Positions 19,506 to 28,918 of a DNA stretch of 64,000 nt are shown here, piece after piece; within the stretch, counting starts at the first letter, position 1; the number at the start of each line of letters is the position of its first letter. The position numbers and the translations under genes were made by a program. The notes under the pieces are model-generated. The model worked only from the letters and a program-made list of their open reading frames with translations. It ran no database searches and was not told the origin of the DNA. This stretch comes from an uncultured delta proteobacterium (GTDB lineage: Bacteria; Desulfobacterota; Binatia; Binatales; Binataceae): NCBI GenBank assembly GCA_963842085.1, contig CAWJET010000001.1, positions 2,816,001 to 2,880,000 of the forward strand, given 5' to 3'.

Positions 19506-20726
19506 ATGAGCACTAATCTTCAACCGGCGCATCGCGAGCGCGCAGAGACGAAGCCGCGGCCGGTGGAGTCGGTGGCCGGCGCGACAATGCAGACAGTCGC
19601 GGCCGCGATGATCGCGCTGGGTGCGATCGCGTTTGCGTTGGCGCTGACGCGGGGCGGCGCCGCTGTCGCATGGGAAGCCTATCTCGTCAACTTGCTGTTC
19701 TTCCTCGGCGTCGCGCAGGGTGCGCTGGTCGCATCCGCGGCGTTCTACCTGACGCAGGCGAAGTGGGGCGGTTCGACGCCGTATCGGCTCGGCGAGGCGT
19801 TCGCGCCATTTCTGTGGGTCGGATTTTTTCTGTTTTTTGGATTGTACTTCGGCCGCAGCCTGATTTTTCCGTGGGTGACGCATCCGATTCCGCAGAAGGC
19901 CGCGTGGCTGAACACTCCGTTTCTCTTCGCGCGCGATGGAATCGGGCTCGGCGCCATGGCTGCGGCGAGCTTCGCGTTTGTCCGCGTCTCGCGTGGCGAT
20001 GACGCACGGGCGTGGACGACTGCGACCGCCGACATCGAGTTGCCGCCGCATTCGATACGGGTGCTCGCTCCGCTGGTCGCGGTCCTGTTCGCGGTGGTCT
20101 ACTCGCTGATCGCATTCGATCTGGTCATGTCGCTCGCGCCGGTGTGGCGCAGCACACTTTTCGGCTGGTACTTTTTCGCCGGCGCATTCTGGAGCGGATT
20201 GACCGCGATGGCTCTCACAGCGGTCGTGTTGCGCGGCCGCCTGGGCGAGAACAACCTGTTCACCAATCCCGTCGTCATGCACGACTTCGGCAAGATGGTC
20301 TTCGCGTTCTCCGTGTTCTGGATATACCTGATGTTCGCGCAGTACATCGTGATCTGGTACGGCGACATCCCGGTCGAAACTTTCTTCATCGTTCAGCGGG
20401 TACATCATATGCCGTGGTCGCCGCTATCGGTGGCGTGCCTGGTGCTGATCTGGCTGATTCCGTTTACCGTGCTGATGAGCGTGCGGGCCAAGAAGGCGCC
20501 GGCGATTCTCGGCACAGTGGCCGGGCTGGGGCTGGTCGGGATGTGGCTCGAGCGTTACGTGCTGGTGGTGCCGTCGCTGTCGCTCGACGCGATCCCGTTT
20601 GGGCCGACGCAATTTCTGATCACGCTTGGTTTTTTGGGCGCATTTCTCATTTCGGCAGTGCCGGGACTGAACCGCGTCGCGCAGGCCGCGACCTCGGGCG
20701 AACCCGTCGGAGATGATCCGGAATGA
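19506..20726 (+). CDS. actF: ACIII ActF membrane subunit
   Basis: WLNTPF, FDLVMSLAPVWRSTLFG, HDFGKMVFAFSVFWIYLMFAQYIVIWYGDIP. Confidence 0.9.
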   Translation: MSTNLQPAHRERAETKPRPVESVAGATMQTVAAAMIALGAIAFALALTRGGAAVAWEAYLVNLLFFLGVAQGALVASAAFYLTQAKWGGSTPYRLGEAFAPFLWVGFFLFFGLYFGRSLIFPWVTHPIPQKAAWLNTPFLFARDGIGLGAMAAASFAFVRVSRGDDARAWTTATADIELPPHSIRVLAPLVAVLFAVVYSLIAFDLVMSLAPVWRSTLFGWYFFAGAFWSGLTAMALTAVVLRGRLGENNLFTNPVVMHDFGKMVFAFSVFWIYLMFAQYIVIWYGDIPVETFFIVQRVHHMPWSPLSVACLVLIWLIPFTVLMSVRAKKAPAILGTVAGLGLVGMWLERYVLVVPSLSLDAIPFGPTQFLITLGFLGAFLISAVPGLNRVAQAATSGEPVGDDPE

Positions 20727-21751
20727 TCCGGCGCGGTTCAAACAAGTATTCGATCGCCTCAGTAGCTATGCGAGTGGCTATTGCACTGACTATTGCGGGA
20801 TGCTCGGCGACGGACCGTCCGATGACAACGCTGGCGCCGAAATCGGACCTGGCGCAGTGGATTCACAGTCTCTTCATAGATGTGACGATCTGGGACGGGA
20901 TCATCCTGGCGATCGTGGTCGCCGCATTCATCCTCGCGGTGTTCGTCTTTTCTTCTCGCGTAGGCGAAGCGGCGCCACCCTCGACCGCGTCGTCCGACCT
21001 CGGCCTGGAAATAGCGTGGACGGTGGGCCCCGCGCTGGTGTTGTTGATGATCTCGGTGCCGACGATACGGACGATCTTTCGCTCGCAGCCGGCGGTTGCG
21101 CCTGCTGGAGCGCTGGAGATCAAAGTAGTCGCGCATCAATGGTGGTGGGAGTTCGACTATCCGGACGGCGTGAAGACCGGTAACGAACTGCATATCGCCG
21201 TCAACCGGCCGATTCGCCTGTCACTGGAATCGGCCGACATCATCCACAGCTTCTGGGTGCCGCAACTGGGCGGCAAACGCGACGTGGTGCCGGGCCAAAT
21301 CAATGAGCTGACATTCGTCGCGACGGTAACCGGAATGTATCCGGGGCAATGTGCCGAGTTTTGCGGCCTGTCGCATGCGAACATGCGCTTTCGAGTGTTC
21401 GTCGATTCGCCGGAAGGGTTCGCGATGTGGGACAAGGCGCAACTTGCCGGCCCGGTCGCGCCACCGGCGAGCGATCAGTTGGCGTCGGACGGCGCGAAGA
21501 TTTTCGCCGACAGTCCGTGCACGACCTGCCACATGATCAAGGGCGTCTCGAAGGGATATATCGGCCCTGACCTGACGCATTTCGGCAGCCGCACAACGCT
21601 GGCCGCCGGAGTGCTGAAGAACACGCCCGAGAACGTCGCCCAGTGGATCCAGGATCCGCAGGAAATCAAGCCGGGCGCGAATATGCCGGCGCTGCTGTTG
21701 CCAGGGCCAAAGATGAACGCCCTGGTCGCGTATCTCGAGAGTCTCAAATAG
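20723..21751 (+). CDS. coxB: caa3-type cytochrome c oxidase subunit II with C-terminal cytochrome c
   Basis: Lipobox IAGC; HQWWWEFDY; DIIHSFWVP; CuA motif CAEFCGLSHANM; CTTCH...MP heme c domain. Confidence 0.95.
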   Translation: MIRRGSNKYSIASVAMRVAIALTIAGCSATDRPMTTLAPKSDLAQWIHSLFIDVTIWDGIILAIVVAAFILAVFVFSSRVGEAAPPSTASSDLGLEIAWTVGPALVLLMISVPTIRTIFRSQPAVAPAGALEIKVVAHQWWWEFDYPDGVKTGNELHIAVNRPIRLSLESADIIHSFWVPQLGGKRDVVPGQINELTFVATVTGMYPGQCAEFCGLSHANMRFRVFVDSPEGFAMWDKAQLAGPVAPPASDQLASDGAKIFADSPCTTCHMIKGVSKGYIGPDLTHFGSRTTLAAGVLKNTPENVAQWIQDPQEIKPGANMPALLLPGPKMNALVAYLESLK

Positions 21752-21761
21752 GGAGCGTCCA

Positions 21762-24236
21762 ATGGCCGCCCAGCCGAAACCATTGCCAGTGCGTCAGCCG
21801 AGCTACCTCGAAGGTGGCGGAATACTCGGATGGCTGACGACGATCGATCACAAGCGCGTCGCGGTCATGTACCTCGCCAGCGCGCTGTTCTTCATGGCGT
21901 TCGGCGGACTCGAAGCGATGGCGATTCGCGTACAGTTGTGGCGTCCCGACAATCACGCGCTGTCGGCGGCGACCTACAACGCATTTTTCACGATGCACGG
22001 GACGACGATGGTCTTCCTGGTCGTCATGCCGCTGCTGCTCGGCTTCATGGGCAACTTCCTGATCCCGCTGCAGATCGGCGCGCGCGACGTGGCGTTTCCG
22101 CGGCTCAACGCGCTGAGCTTCTGGCTCGCCCTGAGCGGAGGCATACTGCTCCATCTCGGCTGGATTCGCGGCGGACTTCCCGATGCGGGATGGTTCGGTT
22201 ATGCGAACCTGACCGAACGGTACTTCACGCCGGGCCTGGCGATCGACTGGTGGGTGATCGGGCTGCTGGTGTTAGGCACTTCGACCGTCCTTACGGGCCT
22301 GAACTTCCTGACGACGATCATTGCGATGCGCGCGCCGGGCATGACGTACATGCGGATGCCGATGTTCATCTGGGCGCAATTGGTGACGTCGATCCTGATC
22401 TTGATCGCGTTTCCCCCGCTCACGATCGGGCTGATCTTTCTGCTCTTCGATCGCTTCTTCGGCACGCATTTCTACATCGCGACGGCGGGCGCCACGCCCA
22501 TCCTGTGGCAGCATCTGTTCTGGCTGTTCGGTCATCCCGAAGTGTACATCATGGCGCTGCCGGCCTTTGGAGTCATCTCGGAAGTCATTCCGGCGTTTTC
22601 GCGCAAGCCGCTGTTCGGCTATCCGATGATGGCCTATTCGATTTGCCTGATCGCATTTCTGTCGTACGGCGTGTGGGGCCATCACATGTTCGCGACCGGG
22701 ATGGGCCCGGTTGCGGACTCGGCATTCGCGATCACCTCGATGCTCATCGCGATCCCGACCGGGGTGAAAATTTTCAGCTGGATCGCGACGGTCTGGGGCG
22801 GCTCGCTGCGCATGACGACCGCATTCTATTTCGCGCTTGGGATGATCCTCGAGTTCACGATCGGCGGACTCAGCGGAATCATGCACGCGTCGGCGCCGAT
22901 CGATCTTCAGCAGACGGACTCGTACTTTGTCGTCGCGCACTTTCACTACGTGCTGTTCGGCGGGGTGATGTTCGCGATCCTGGCGGGGTTCTATTACTGG
23001 TGGCCGAAGATAACCGGCCGCATGCTCGGCGAGCGGCTTGGCAAGTGGCAGTTCTGGGTAACGGTAGTCGGATTCAACCTTACGTTTTTCCCGATGCATT
23101 TTCTCGGGATGTGGGGGATGCCGCGGCGCACCTACACCTACGGCGCCGACCTGGGCTGGACGCAGCTCAACCAGCTCGAGACGATCGGCGCGTTCATTCT
23201 CGGCATCGCGTTCCTGCTTTTCTACTTCAATATTTTCAGGAGTCTCGCCAGTGGAGAGCAGGCGCCCGCGGATCCATGGGACGGACGCAGCCTCGAATGG
23301 TCCACGCCGTCGCCGCCGCCGGCGTACAACTTCGCGACCCTTCCGCAAATCCGCGGCCGCGACGCGTGGTGGGTTCTCAAGTACGGGCGCGCCGGCTCGC
23401 GCGGCGTTGCCGCCTACATGTCGGGGCAGGCGCCGTCGCAACCGCGGTCGGGCGAGCCGCCCTCCGTCGAGCACATCCACATGCCGGCGCCTTCGATCTT
23501 CCCGCTGGTACTGAGTCTTGGCGTCGGGATGATGGGCCTTGGTCTCATCATCGACTGGTACCGCATCGTGCTCATCGGCGCGGCGGACGTGGTCCTGTCG
23601 ATTATCGGGATGGGATTCGAGTACGCGAACTTCGGCGAAGAATCGCACGACCCCGAGCACGCGCCCTCGTCTGGTGGAATCGACGTGCGCAAGATCGGCA
23701 TCTGGTCGTTCATCGGCTCGGAGTGCGTGTTCTTCGCCAGCCTGATCTCGACCTTCATCGTTTACAAATCGCGCAGCGTTACCGGGCCGGGGCCGGAAAT
23801 CCTCAACATCCCGCTGACTTCGTTCAGCACCTTCATCCTGCTGATGAGTTCACTGCTGATGGTGCTGGCGCTGGCGGCCACCCAGCGCGGCGACAAGCTA
23901 TGGACGCGAATCTGGCTCGGCGGCACGGTCACGTTCGGGCTGATTTTTCTTTGCGGGCAGGTTTACGAGTTCACCAGCTTCTACCGCGAAGGCATGGGAC
24001 TGACGACCAACCTGTTCTCGCAGTCGTTCTTCGTCCTGGTCGGATTTCACGGTGCGCACGTTGCGATCGGAGTGATGTGGCTGTCGGTCCTGTTGATCGC
24101 GGCGATGACGGGCAAGCTCGGCAAGTCGCGCGCGCTGTCGGTCGAGCTCGCGGGACTTTACTGGCATTTCGTCGACGTCGTGTGGATCATCATATTTACT
24201 CTCGTCTATCTGATGCAGGCGGTGCCCGGAGCATGA
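21762..24236 (+). CDS. coxA: Cytochrome c oxidase subunit I fused to subunit III (A1 type)
   Basis: TMHGT, FGHPEVY, WGHHMF, VAHFHY; C-terminal FHGAHV and YWHFVDVVW of subunit III. Confidence 0.95.
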   Translation: MAAQPKPLPVRQPSYLEGGGILGWLTTIDHKRVAVMYLASALFFMAFGGLEAMAIRVQLWRPDNHALSAATYNAFFTMHGTTMVFLVVMPLLLGFMGNFLIPLQIGARDVAFPRLNALSFWLALSGGILLHLGWIRGGLPDAGWFGYANLTERYFTPGLAIDWWVIGLLVLGTSTVLTGLNFLTTIIAMRAPGMTYMRMPMFIWAQLVTSILILIAFPPLTIGLIFLLFDRFFGTHFYIATAGATPILWQHLFWLFGHPEVYIMALPAFGVISEVIPAFSRKPLFGYPMMAYSICLIAFLSYGVWGHHMFATGMGPVADSAFAITSMLIAIPTGVKIFSWIATVWGGSLRMTTAFYFALGMILEFTIGGLSGIMHASAPIDLQQTDSYFVVAHFHYVLFGGVMFAILAGFYYWWPKITGRMLGERLGKWQFWVTVVGFNLTFFPMHFLGMWGMPRRTYTYGADLGWTQLNQLETIGAFILGIAFLLFYFNIFRSLASGEQAPADPWDGRSLEWSTPSPPPAYNFATLPQIRGRDAWWVLKYGRAGSRGVAAYMSGQAPSQPRSGEPPSVEHIHMPAPSIFPLVLSLGVGMMGLGLIIDWYRIVLIGAADVVLSIIGMGFEYANFGEESHDPEHAPSSGGIDVRKIGIWSFIGSECVFFASLISTFIVYKSRSVTGPGPEILNIPLTSFSTFILLMSSLLMVLALAATQRGDKLWTRIWLGGTVTFGLIFLCGQVYEFTSFYREGMGLTTNLFSQSFFVLVGFHGAHVAIGVMWLSVLLIAAMTGKLGKSRALSVELAGLYWHFVDVVWIIIFTLVYLMQAVPGA

Positions 24237-24562
24237 GCGAGATTGCAGATACCCACGGCGGGCAGGTTCATCATCCCGGCGCGGCGACGTATCTGATCAT
24301 CGCCGCGTTCCTGGTGGTGTTGACGGCGATGGAGGTCACCGTGTTCTACCTGCACGCACTGCGTCCCGTGCTGGTGCCGGTATTGATCGTTCTGGCCGCG
24401 GCCAAGTTCGCATTGGTCGCGATGTTCTATATGCACTTGAAGTACGACGGATGGCTGCTGACGGGCGTGTTCATCTTCCCGCTGATGATGGCGACGCTCC
24501 TGCTGATCTCGCTGATCCTGCTCTTCGCGTATTTGTTGCATCACATGGCGCCGATCGGATAG
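24233..24562 (+). CDS. coxD: Cytochrome c oxidase subunit IV (prokaryotic)
   Basis: ATG 24233 overlaps coxA stop; LTAMEV, AKFALVAMFYMHLKYD; three TM. Confidence 0.9.
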   Translation: MSEIADTHGGQVHHPGAATYLIIAAFLVVLTAMEVTVFYLHALRPVLVPVLIVLAAAKFALVAMFYMHLKYDGWLLTGVFIFPLMMATLLLISLILLFAYLLHHMAPIG

Positions 24563-24575
24563 GGCAGTTTTGGCG

Positions 24576-25382
24576 ATGGACATTCTGGGAGAACATCCGA
24601 GCATACCGATAGGCGTCGCGTTTCTGATCGCGATTTACCTCGGCGCGTGCCGCGCGGCCGGCCGCAGACCGACGCGGCGTCAGGCGATGTGGTTCGCGTT
24701 GGCGATGGGCGCGATTCTATTCACGCACACTGAGCTCGACGAACTCGCGGACGCGCGAATCTTTTCGATGCACATGCTGCAGCATCTGATGCAGACCCTT
24801 GTGATTCCGCCGCTGCTGCTGATGGGTACGCCGGGCTGGATGCTGAGGCCCTGGCTCCTCAGCCGGCCGCTCAAGCCGATCGCGCGCCTGCTCACGCAAC
24901 CGGTGGTGGCGTTCCTGATTTTTTCGGCGGTGTTCGTCAGCGCGCACTTTCCGCCGATCTTCGATCGGATGTGCCGCGACGAGGACTTTCACATTTTCCT
25001 GCACCTGCTGTTCATGGCCTCCGGCGTGCTGCTATGGTTCCCGATACTGAGTCCGCTGCCCGAGCTGCCGCGGCTCTCGTACCCGGCGCAAATCCTTTAC
25101 CTGTTCCTGCTGATGATCCCGATGACTGCGGTGGCCGCGCCGATCACGCTCGCGACCCGCGTGATTTATCCATGGTATACCGAGGGCGCGCACGGATGGG
25201 GCCTCAAGCCGATCGACGACCAGGTGCTGGGCGGGCTGATCATGTGGATCGGGCAGGGCACGTATCTGATGTTCATTTTCACATTCATCTTCTACAAGTG
25301 GCAGCAGCGCGAAGACCGCGACATCCCGGTTCTGCCCGCATCGACGACGCCGGAGCTGCGCGTGCTGCGAGCCCGCTCGTGA
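24576..25382 (+). CDS. ctaG: caa3 oxidase assembly factor CtaG
   Basis: FSMHMLQHL...PPLLLMG; DQVLGGLIMW. Confidence 0.9.
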   Translation: MDILGEHPSIPIGVAFLIAIYLGACRAAGRRPTRRQAMWFALAMGAILFTHTELDELADARIFSMHMLQHLMQTLVIPPLLLMGTPGWMLRPWLLSRPLKPIARLLTQPVVAFLIFSAVFVSAHFPPIFDRMCRDEDFHIFLHLLFMASGVLLWFPILSPLPELPRLSYPAQILYLFLLMIPMTAVAAPITLATRVIYPWYTEGAHGWGLKPIDDQVLGGLIMWIGQGTYLMFIFTFIFYKWQQREDRDIPVLPASTTPELRVLRARS

Positions 25383-25471
25383 CGCTTGCCGGGTCCGGAT
25401 CTTCTGGGCTACTAGTTGCGTAGTCGCGCGCCTGATTTTGGCCCGCCGGGGCCGGCTGCGTGACGAGGAAG

Positions 25472-26512
25472 ATGCAGCATTCGAGGGCGCGGATCATCAT
25501 CGATGGAGCGGTTGCCGGGATCATCGGCGCCCTGGTTGTCGCCCTCTGGTTTCTGATCTTCGACGTAATTCGCGGTCACGCGCTTGAGACGCCGGCCCTG
25601 CTGGCGGCCACGATTCTGCACGGCTCGCACAATTACGAAGTCCTTCACGGGCTGAAGCTGCTGGCGCTGGAATACTCGCTGCTCCACTTCGCCGCCTTCA
25701 TCGCGTTCGGCATCGCCGGAGGATTGCTGCTCGAAGCGTGCGAGAGCGAGTCGTCGCTGCTCTTTTCGCTGGCGATCTTTTTCGTCGCCTTCGAAGTTTT
25801 CTTTATCGCGGTCGTGCTGTTCCTGGGGCCGAACGTGATGGCGGAGCTGACCTGGTGGGGTATCATCGTCGGCAACCTGCTCGCCACGGCCGCGATGCTG
25901 TCGTATTTCTTCTGGCGGCATCCTGCCCTCGCGTTCAATCTGCTGGGCGGCTGGATTACGGTCGCGCGCGAAGGCGTGACCGCCGGACTGGTGGGCGGCG
26001 TCGTCGTCGCCATCTGGTTCATGTGCTACGACTTCGCCGCGGGCAATTCGTTTCACACGCCGGCGATTCTTGGTGCGATGGTCTTTGGCAGCGCGAGCGT
26101 AACCAGTGGCATCCACGCGACGCTGCCGCTGGTGCTCGGCTACTCGATCCTGCATTTCTTTGCGTTCGTCGTGTTCGGGCTGGCGCTGGCGGTTTTGCTT
26201 GCTGCATCGGAATGGGAACCGTTCATGCTCCTCGGCGCGCTGCTGCTGCTTGCAGTGTTCGAGGTATTCTTTGTCGGATTCGTTTCGCTGATCGATGCGT
26301 CAGCGCTCGAAGCCCTGGGATGGTGGAAAATCGTAGCGGGAAACATCCTGGCGCTGATCGCGATGGCGACGTACTTCATCCGCGGCCATCACGGACTCGG
26401 TATCAAACTGGTTGAGCGATGGGCGATGCTCGACCACGAGGGCGCCGAGATGGGCGATCTGCCGCCCGCGCCGTCCAACCACGAGCCCGACAATCATCCA
26501 TCGCATCTTTGA
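25472..26512 (+). CDS. Unknown polytopic membrane protein with tandem internal duplication
   Basis: Two ~150-aa repeats each with (D/E)G..AG..G..VVA.WF..D, TPA, YS.LHF, FEVFF, WW.I..GN. Confidence 0.8.
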   Translation: MQHSRARIIIDGAVAGIIGALVVALWFLIFDVIRGHALETPALLAATILHGSHNYEVLHGLKLLALEYSLLHFAAFIAFGIAGGLLLEACESESSLLFSLAIFFVAFEVFFIAVVLFLGPNVMAELTWWGIIVGNLLATAAMLSYFFWRHPALAFNLLGGWITVAREGVTAGLVGGVVVAIWFMCYDFAAGNSFHTPAILGAMVFGSASVTSGIHATLPLVLGYSILHFFAFVVFGLALAVLLAASEWEPFMLLGALLLLAVFEVFFVGFVSLIDASALEALGWWKIVAGNILALIAMATYFIRGHHGLGIKLVERWAMLDHEGAEMGDLPPAPSNHEPDNHPSHL

Positions 26513-26519
26513 GAGCCGG

Positions 26520-27317
26520 TTAAATTCCAAGCACGTCGCGCATCGTGTAGAGCCCCGGCTTGCGGCTTACCAGCCAGCCTGCCGCACGCAGCGCGCCGCG
26601 TGCGAGCGAGTCGCGGCTCTGCGCGCGATGAATCAGCTCGAGGCGCTCGCCCTGACCGCCGAAAATCACGGTGTGATCGCCGACCGCGTCGCCCGCGCGC
26701 ATCGCGAGCACCGCAATCTTGCCGTCGGGCCTGATGCCCGTGATTCCTTCGCGGCCGTAGACCGCGTTGGAGGCGAACTCCACGCCGCGTGCCGACGCGA
26801 TCGCCTTGCCGAGCGACAGCGCGGTGCCGCTGGGCGCGTCGATCTTGGTGCGATGATGAATCTCGAGGACTTCGGCGTCGAAGTCGGGAAGGATCGCGGC
26901 GACTTCGGCGACGATCTTGGCAAGCACGTTGACTCCGATGCTCATGTTGGGCGCGATCACGGTGCGCGTCTTCTGCGCCAGTTCGCGCGCGCGGGTTTCC
27001 ATCGCGGGTGTAAAGCCGGTCGAGCCGATCACGATCGCGGCTCCGGCTTTCGACGCAATTTCGAGATGCTCCAACGAGGCGGCGGCGTTCGTGAAGTCCA
27101 GCGTGACAGTGTCGGGCTTTGCGAGCGACGCGTAGTCGTCGGTGATTTTCACACCGAGCGTGCCCACGCCGGCGAGCTCGCCGGCGTCGGCTCCGATCGC
27201 GCCGATGCCGTGCGCTTCGAGCGCGCCGACTATTTTATGCGCCGGCTCGCGCGACGCGAGCGCGACCAGCAGCCGGCCCATCCGGCCCGCTGCTCCAGCC
27301 ACGATTAGATTAGCCAT
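26520..27317 (-). CDS. dapB: 4-hydroxy-tetrahydrodipicolinate reductase
   Basis: GAAGRMG, DFT, IGSTG, APNMSIGVN, EIHHRTKIDAPSGTA. Confidence 0.97.
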   Translation of the reverse strand: MANLIVAGAAGRMGRLLVALASREPAHKIVGALEAHGIGAIGADAGELAGVGTLGVKITDDYASLAKPDTVTLDFTNAAASLEHLEIASKAGAAIVIGSTGFTPAMETRARELAQKTRTVIAPNMSIGVNVLAKIVAEVAAILPDFDAEVLEIHHRTKIDAPSGTALSLGKAIASARGVEFASNAVYGREGITGIRPDGKIAVLAMRAGDAVGDHTVIFGGQGERLELIHRAQSRDSLARGALRAAGWLVSRKPGLYTMRDVLGI

Positions 27318-27370
27318 CGCAATTCACTCTGCCCGCGTTACGCGGGCGCGATGCGGACGCTATTGCTGTA

Positions 27371-27637
27371 TCAGGAAGCCGGAGCCTCGGCCGCCGCCGC
27401 TTCAGCCGCGGGCGCTGCCGCCGCTTCTGCCGCCTTGCCGTGCTTGGCCTTGAAGTGTTCGTCGCACAGGCTCGAGGTGCCGTGGCGATGCTTGCGGCAT
27501 TTCTCGAAGGTGCACGTTTTGTAGCGCGCCTTGGGCATCTCGCCGGCTTTCCAAAGCCGAAAATGCTGTCGGCAGTAACCCTTGCCGACCGCCTCGCGCG
27601 CGCAATCTTTCGCTTTGCAGTTTCCCTTGTTCGCCAT
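27371..27637 (-). CDS. Small basic Cys/His zinc-finger-like protein (resembles myxobacterial vegetative protein repeats)
   Basis: CKAKDC...KGYCRQH and CTFEKC...SLCDEH; Ala/Glu tail; ATG 27637 with AAGGGA RBS. Confidence 0.7.
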   Translation of the reverse strand: MANKGNCKAKDCAREAVGKGYCRQHFRLWKAGEMPKARYKTCTFEKCRKHRHGTSSLCDEHFKAKHGKAAEAAAAPAAEAAAAEAPAS

Positions 27638-27725
27638 GAATCCCTTCTTGGAAGCCGCTTCCCGACGCAAGCGCCGAAAATCGCGGCCGAGCAATTCATC
27701 TACAATAGTGTGTGCCGCCGGTGCT

Positions 27726-28883
27726 TCATAGAGGGTGGGAATCAATCATTCGCAGTGAAAGTGCCAACGCTGCCATTGCGAGCGTGGCTGTCAGCGCGAC
27801 CTCCATGCTTGCGCGCGGGCTTACGTCGGCGATCGCATGGCCCATTATCCAGGGCGCGACGATCCCGCCGAGCGCGCCGCCCGCCACTACGATCGCAGTC
27901 ATCCTGCCGACCTCGGCCGGGAAGCTGGCGGCGCCAATCGCGATCATGTTGGGGAAGACGGGGCCGTAGCCGAAGCCGATCAGAAACACAGCCGATGCCG
28001 CAAGGCCGCCGGCCGTGGGCGCCGCGATCAACATCACCAGCGCAGCGGAAGATAGCATAGAAGCCAGCATCGTGAATTGCGGCAATGCGATGCGATGCCC
28101 CAATCGTCCGCCAAACGCCCGCCCGCACACCAATCCCAGCCAATAGAGCGAGACGCCCGACGACGCGAGCATCGGGCCGAGCGCGCCCGCCGTGCGCAAG
28201 TAGAGAAAGAGCCACGCGCCAATCCCGATTTCGGCGCCGACGTACAGGAACATCACTGCGCTGATCGCCCAAATCAGCGGTCGCGATAGCATCTTCAGAA
28301 ATCCGTGGCCGATGACCGGCGCCGTTCGGACTTCGATTGCTGCGCTAAGGCCTAAGCGAAACGCGATTGCGGCACACATGATCGCGCCGCCGCCGAACAC
28401 CCACCAGTACGGCACCCGGGCTGCGAAGGCGGCGCTGACCATCAGCGGCCCGAGCAGCGCGCCGACGCCGAACAGCACGTGCAGGTAGTTGAGCGCGGAG
28501 GCGAGCCGCTCGCGATTCAGCTCTACGATGAGCGCATTGGCGCCGATGTCGATGCCGCCATTGGCGACGCCGATCACAAATCCGGCCGATAGCAGTCCAG
28601 TAAGGCCACGAGCCACTGCGAGCCTCGTCAGCCCGGCCGTGAACAGCGCCATCGCACCGACGAGGATCTTCTGCGCGCTCATTTGTTGATTGATCTCGCC
28701 GGCGATCAGCACCGATATGAAATAACCGGCCGACGCGGCGCTGACGATCAATCCGGCGCGCTCGATCGGCAGATGCGTGGTACGAGAAATCTGGGGGATA
28801 AAGGGGCCGAGCCAGCCACTATTGATGCCCACCATCAGCAGGCACGAATACGCCAGCCGGGTGATCGTTCGCTCGCGGCTCAT
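27726..28883 (-). CDS. MFS transporter (fucose/glucose permease-like)
   Basis: About 12 TM; LNYLHVLFGVGALLGP; FLYVGAEIGIGAW; GPVFP. Confidence 0.88.
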   Translation of the reverse strand: MSRERTITRLAYSCLLMVGINSGWLGPFIPQISRTTHLPIERAGLIVSAASAGYFISVLIAGEINQQMSAQKILVGAMALFTAGLTRLAVARGLTGLLSAGFVIGVANGGIDIGANALIVELNRERLASALNYLHVLFGVGALLGPLMVSAAFAARVPYWWVFGGGAIMCAAIAFRLGLSAAIEVRTAPVIGHGFLKMLSRPLIWAISAVMFLYVGAEIGIGAWLFLYLRTAGALGPMLASSGVSLYWLGLVCGRAFGGRLGHRIALPQFTMLASMLSSAALVMLIAAPTAGGLAASAVFLIGFGYGPVFPNMIAIGAASFPAEVGRMTAIVVAGGALGGIVAPWIMGHAIADVSPRASMEVALTATLAMAALALSLRMIDSHPL

Positions 28884-28918
28884 CAACCGGCCGCCATCCA
28901 ATGTCCCGACGTGCAACG

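Noticed and set aside
21830-24232. 910-aa ORF overlapping coxA in another frame
   Set aside because: Arg/Ala-rich shadow frame of high-GC DNA; only its last 109 codons (subunit IV) are real
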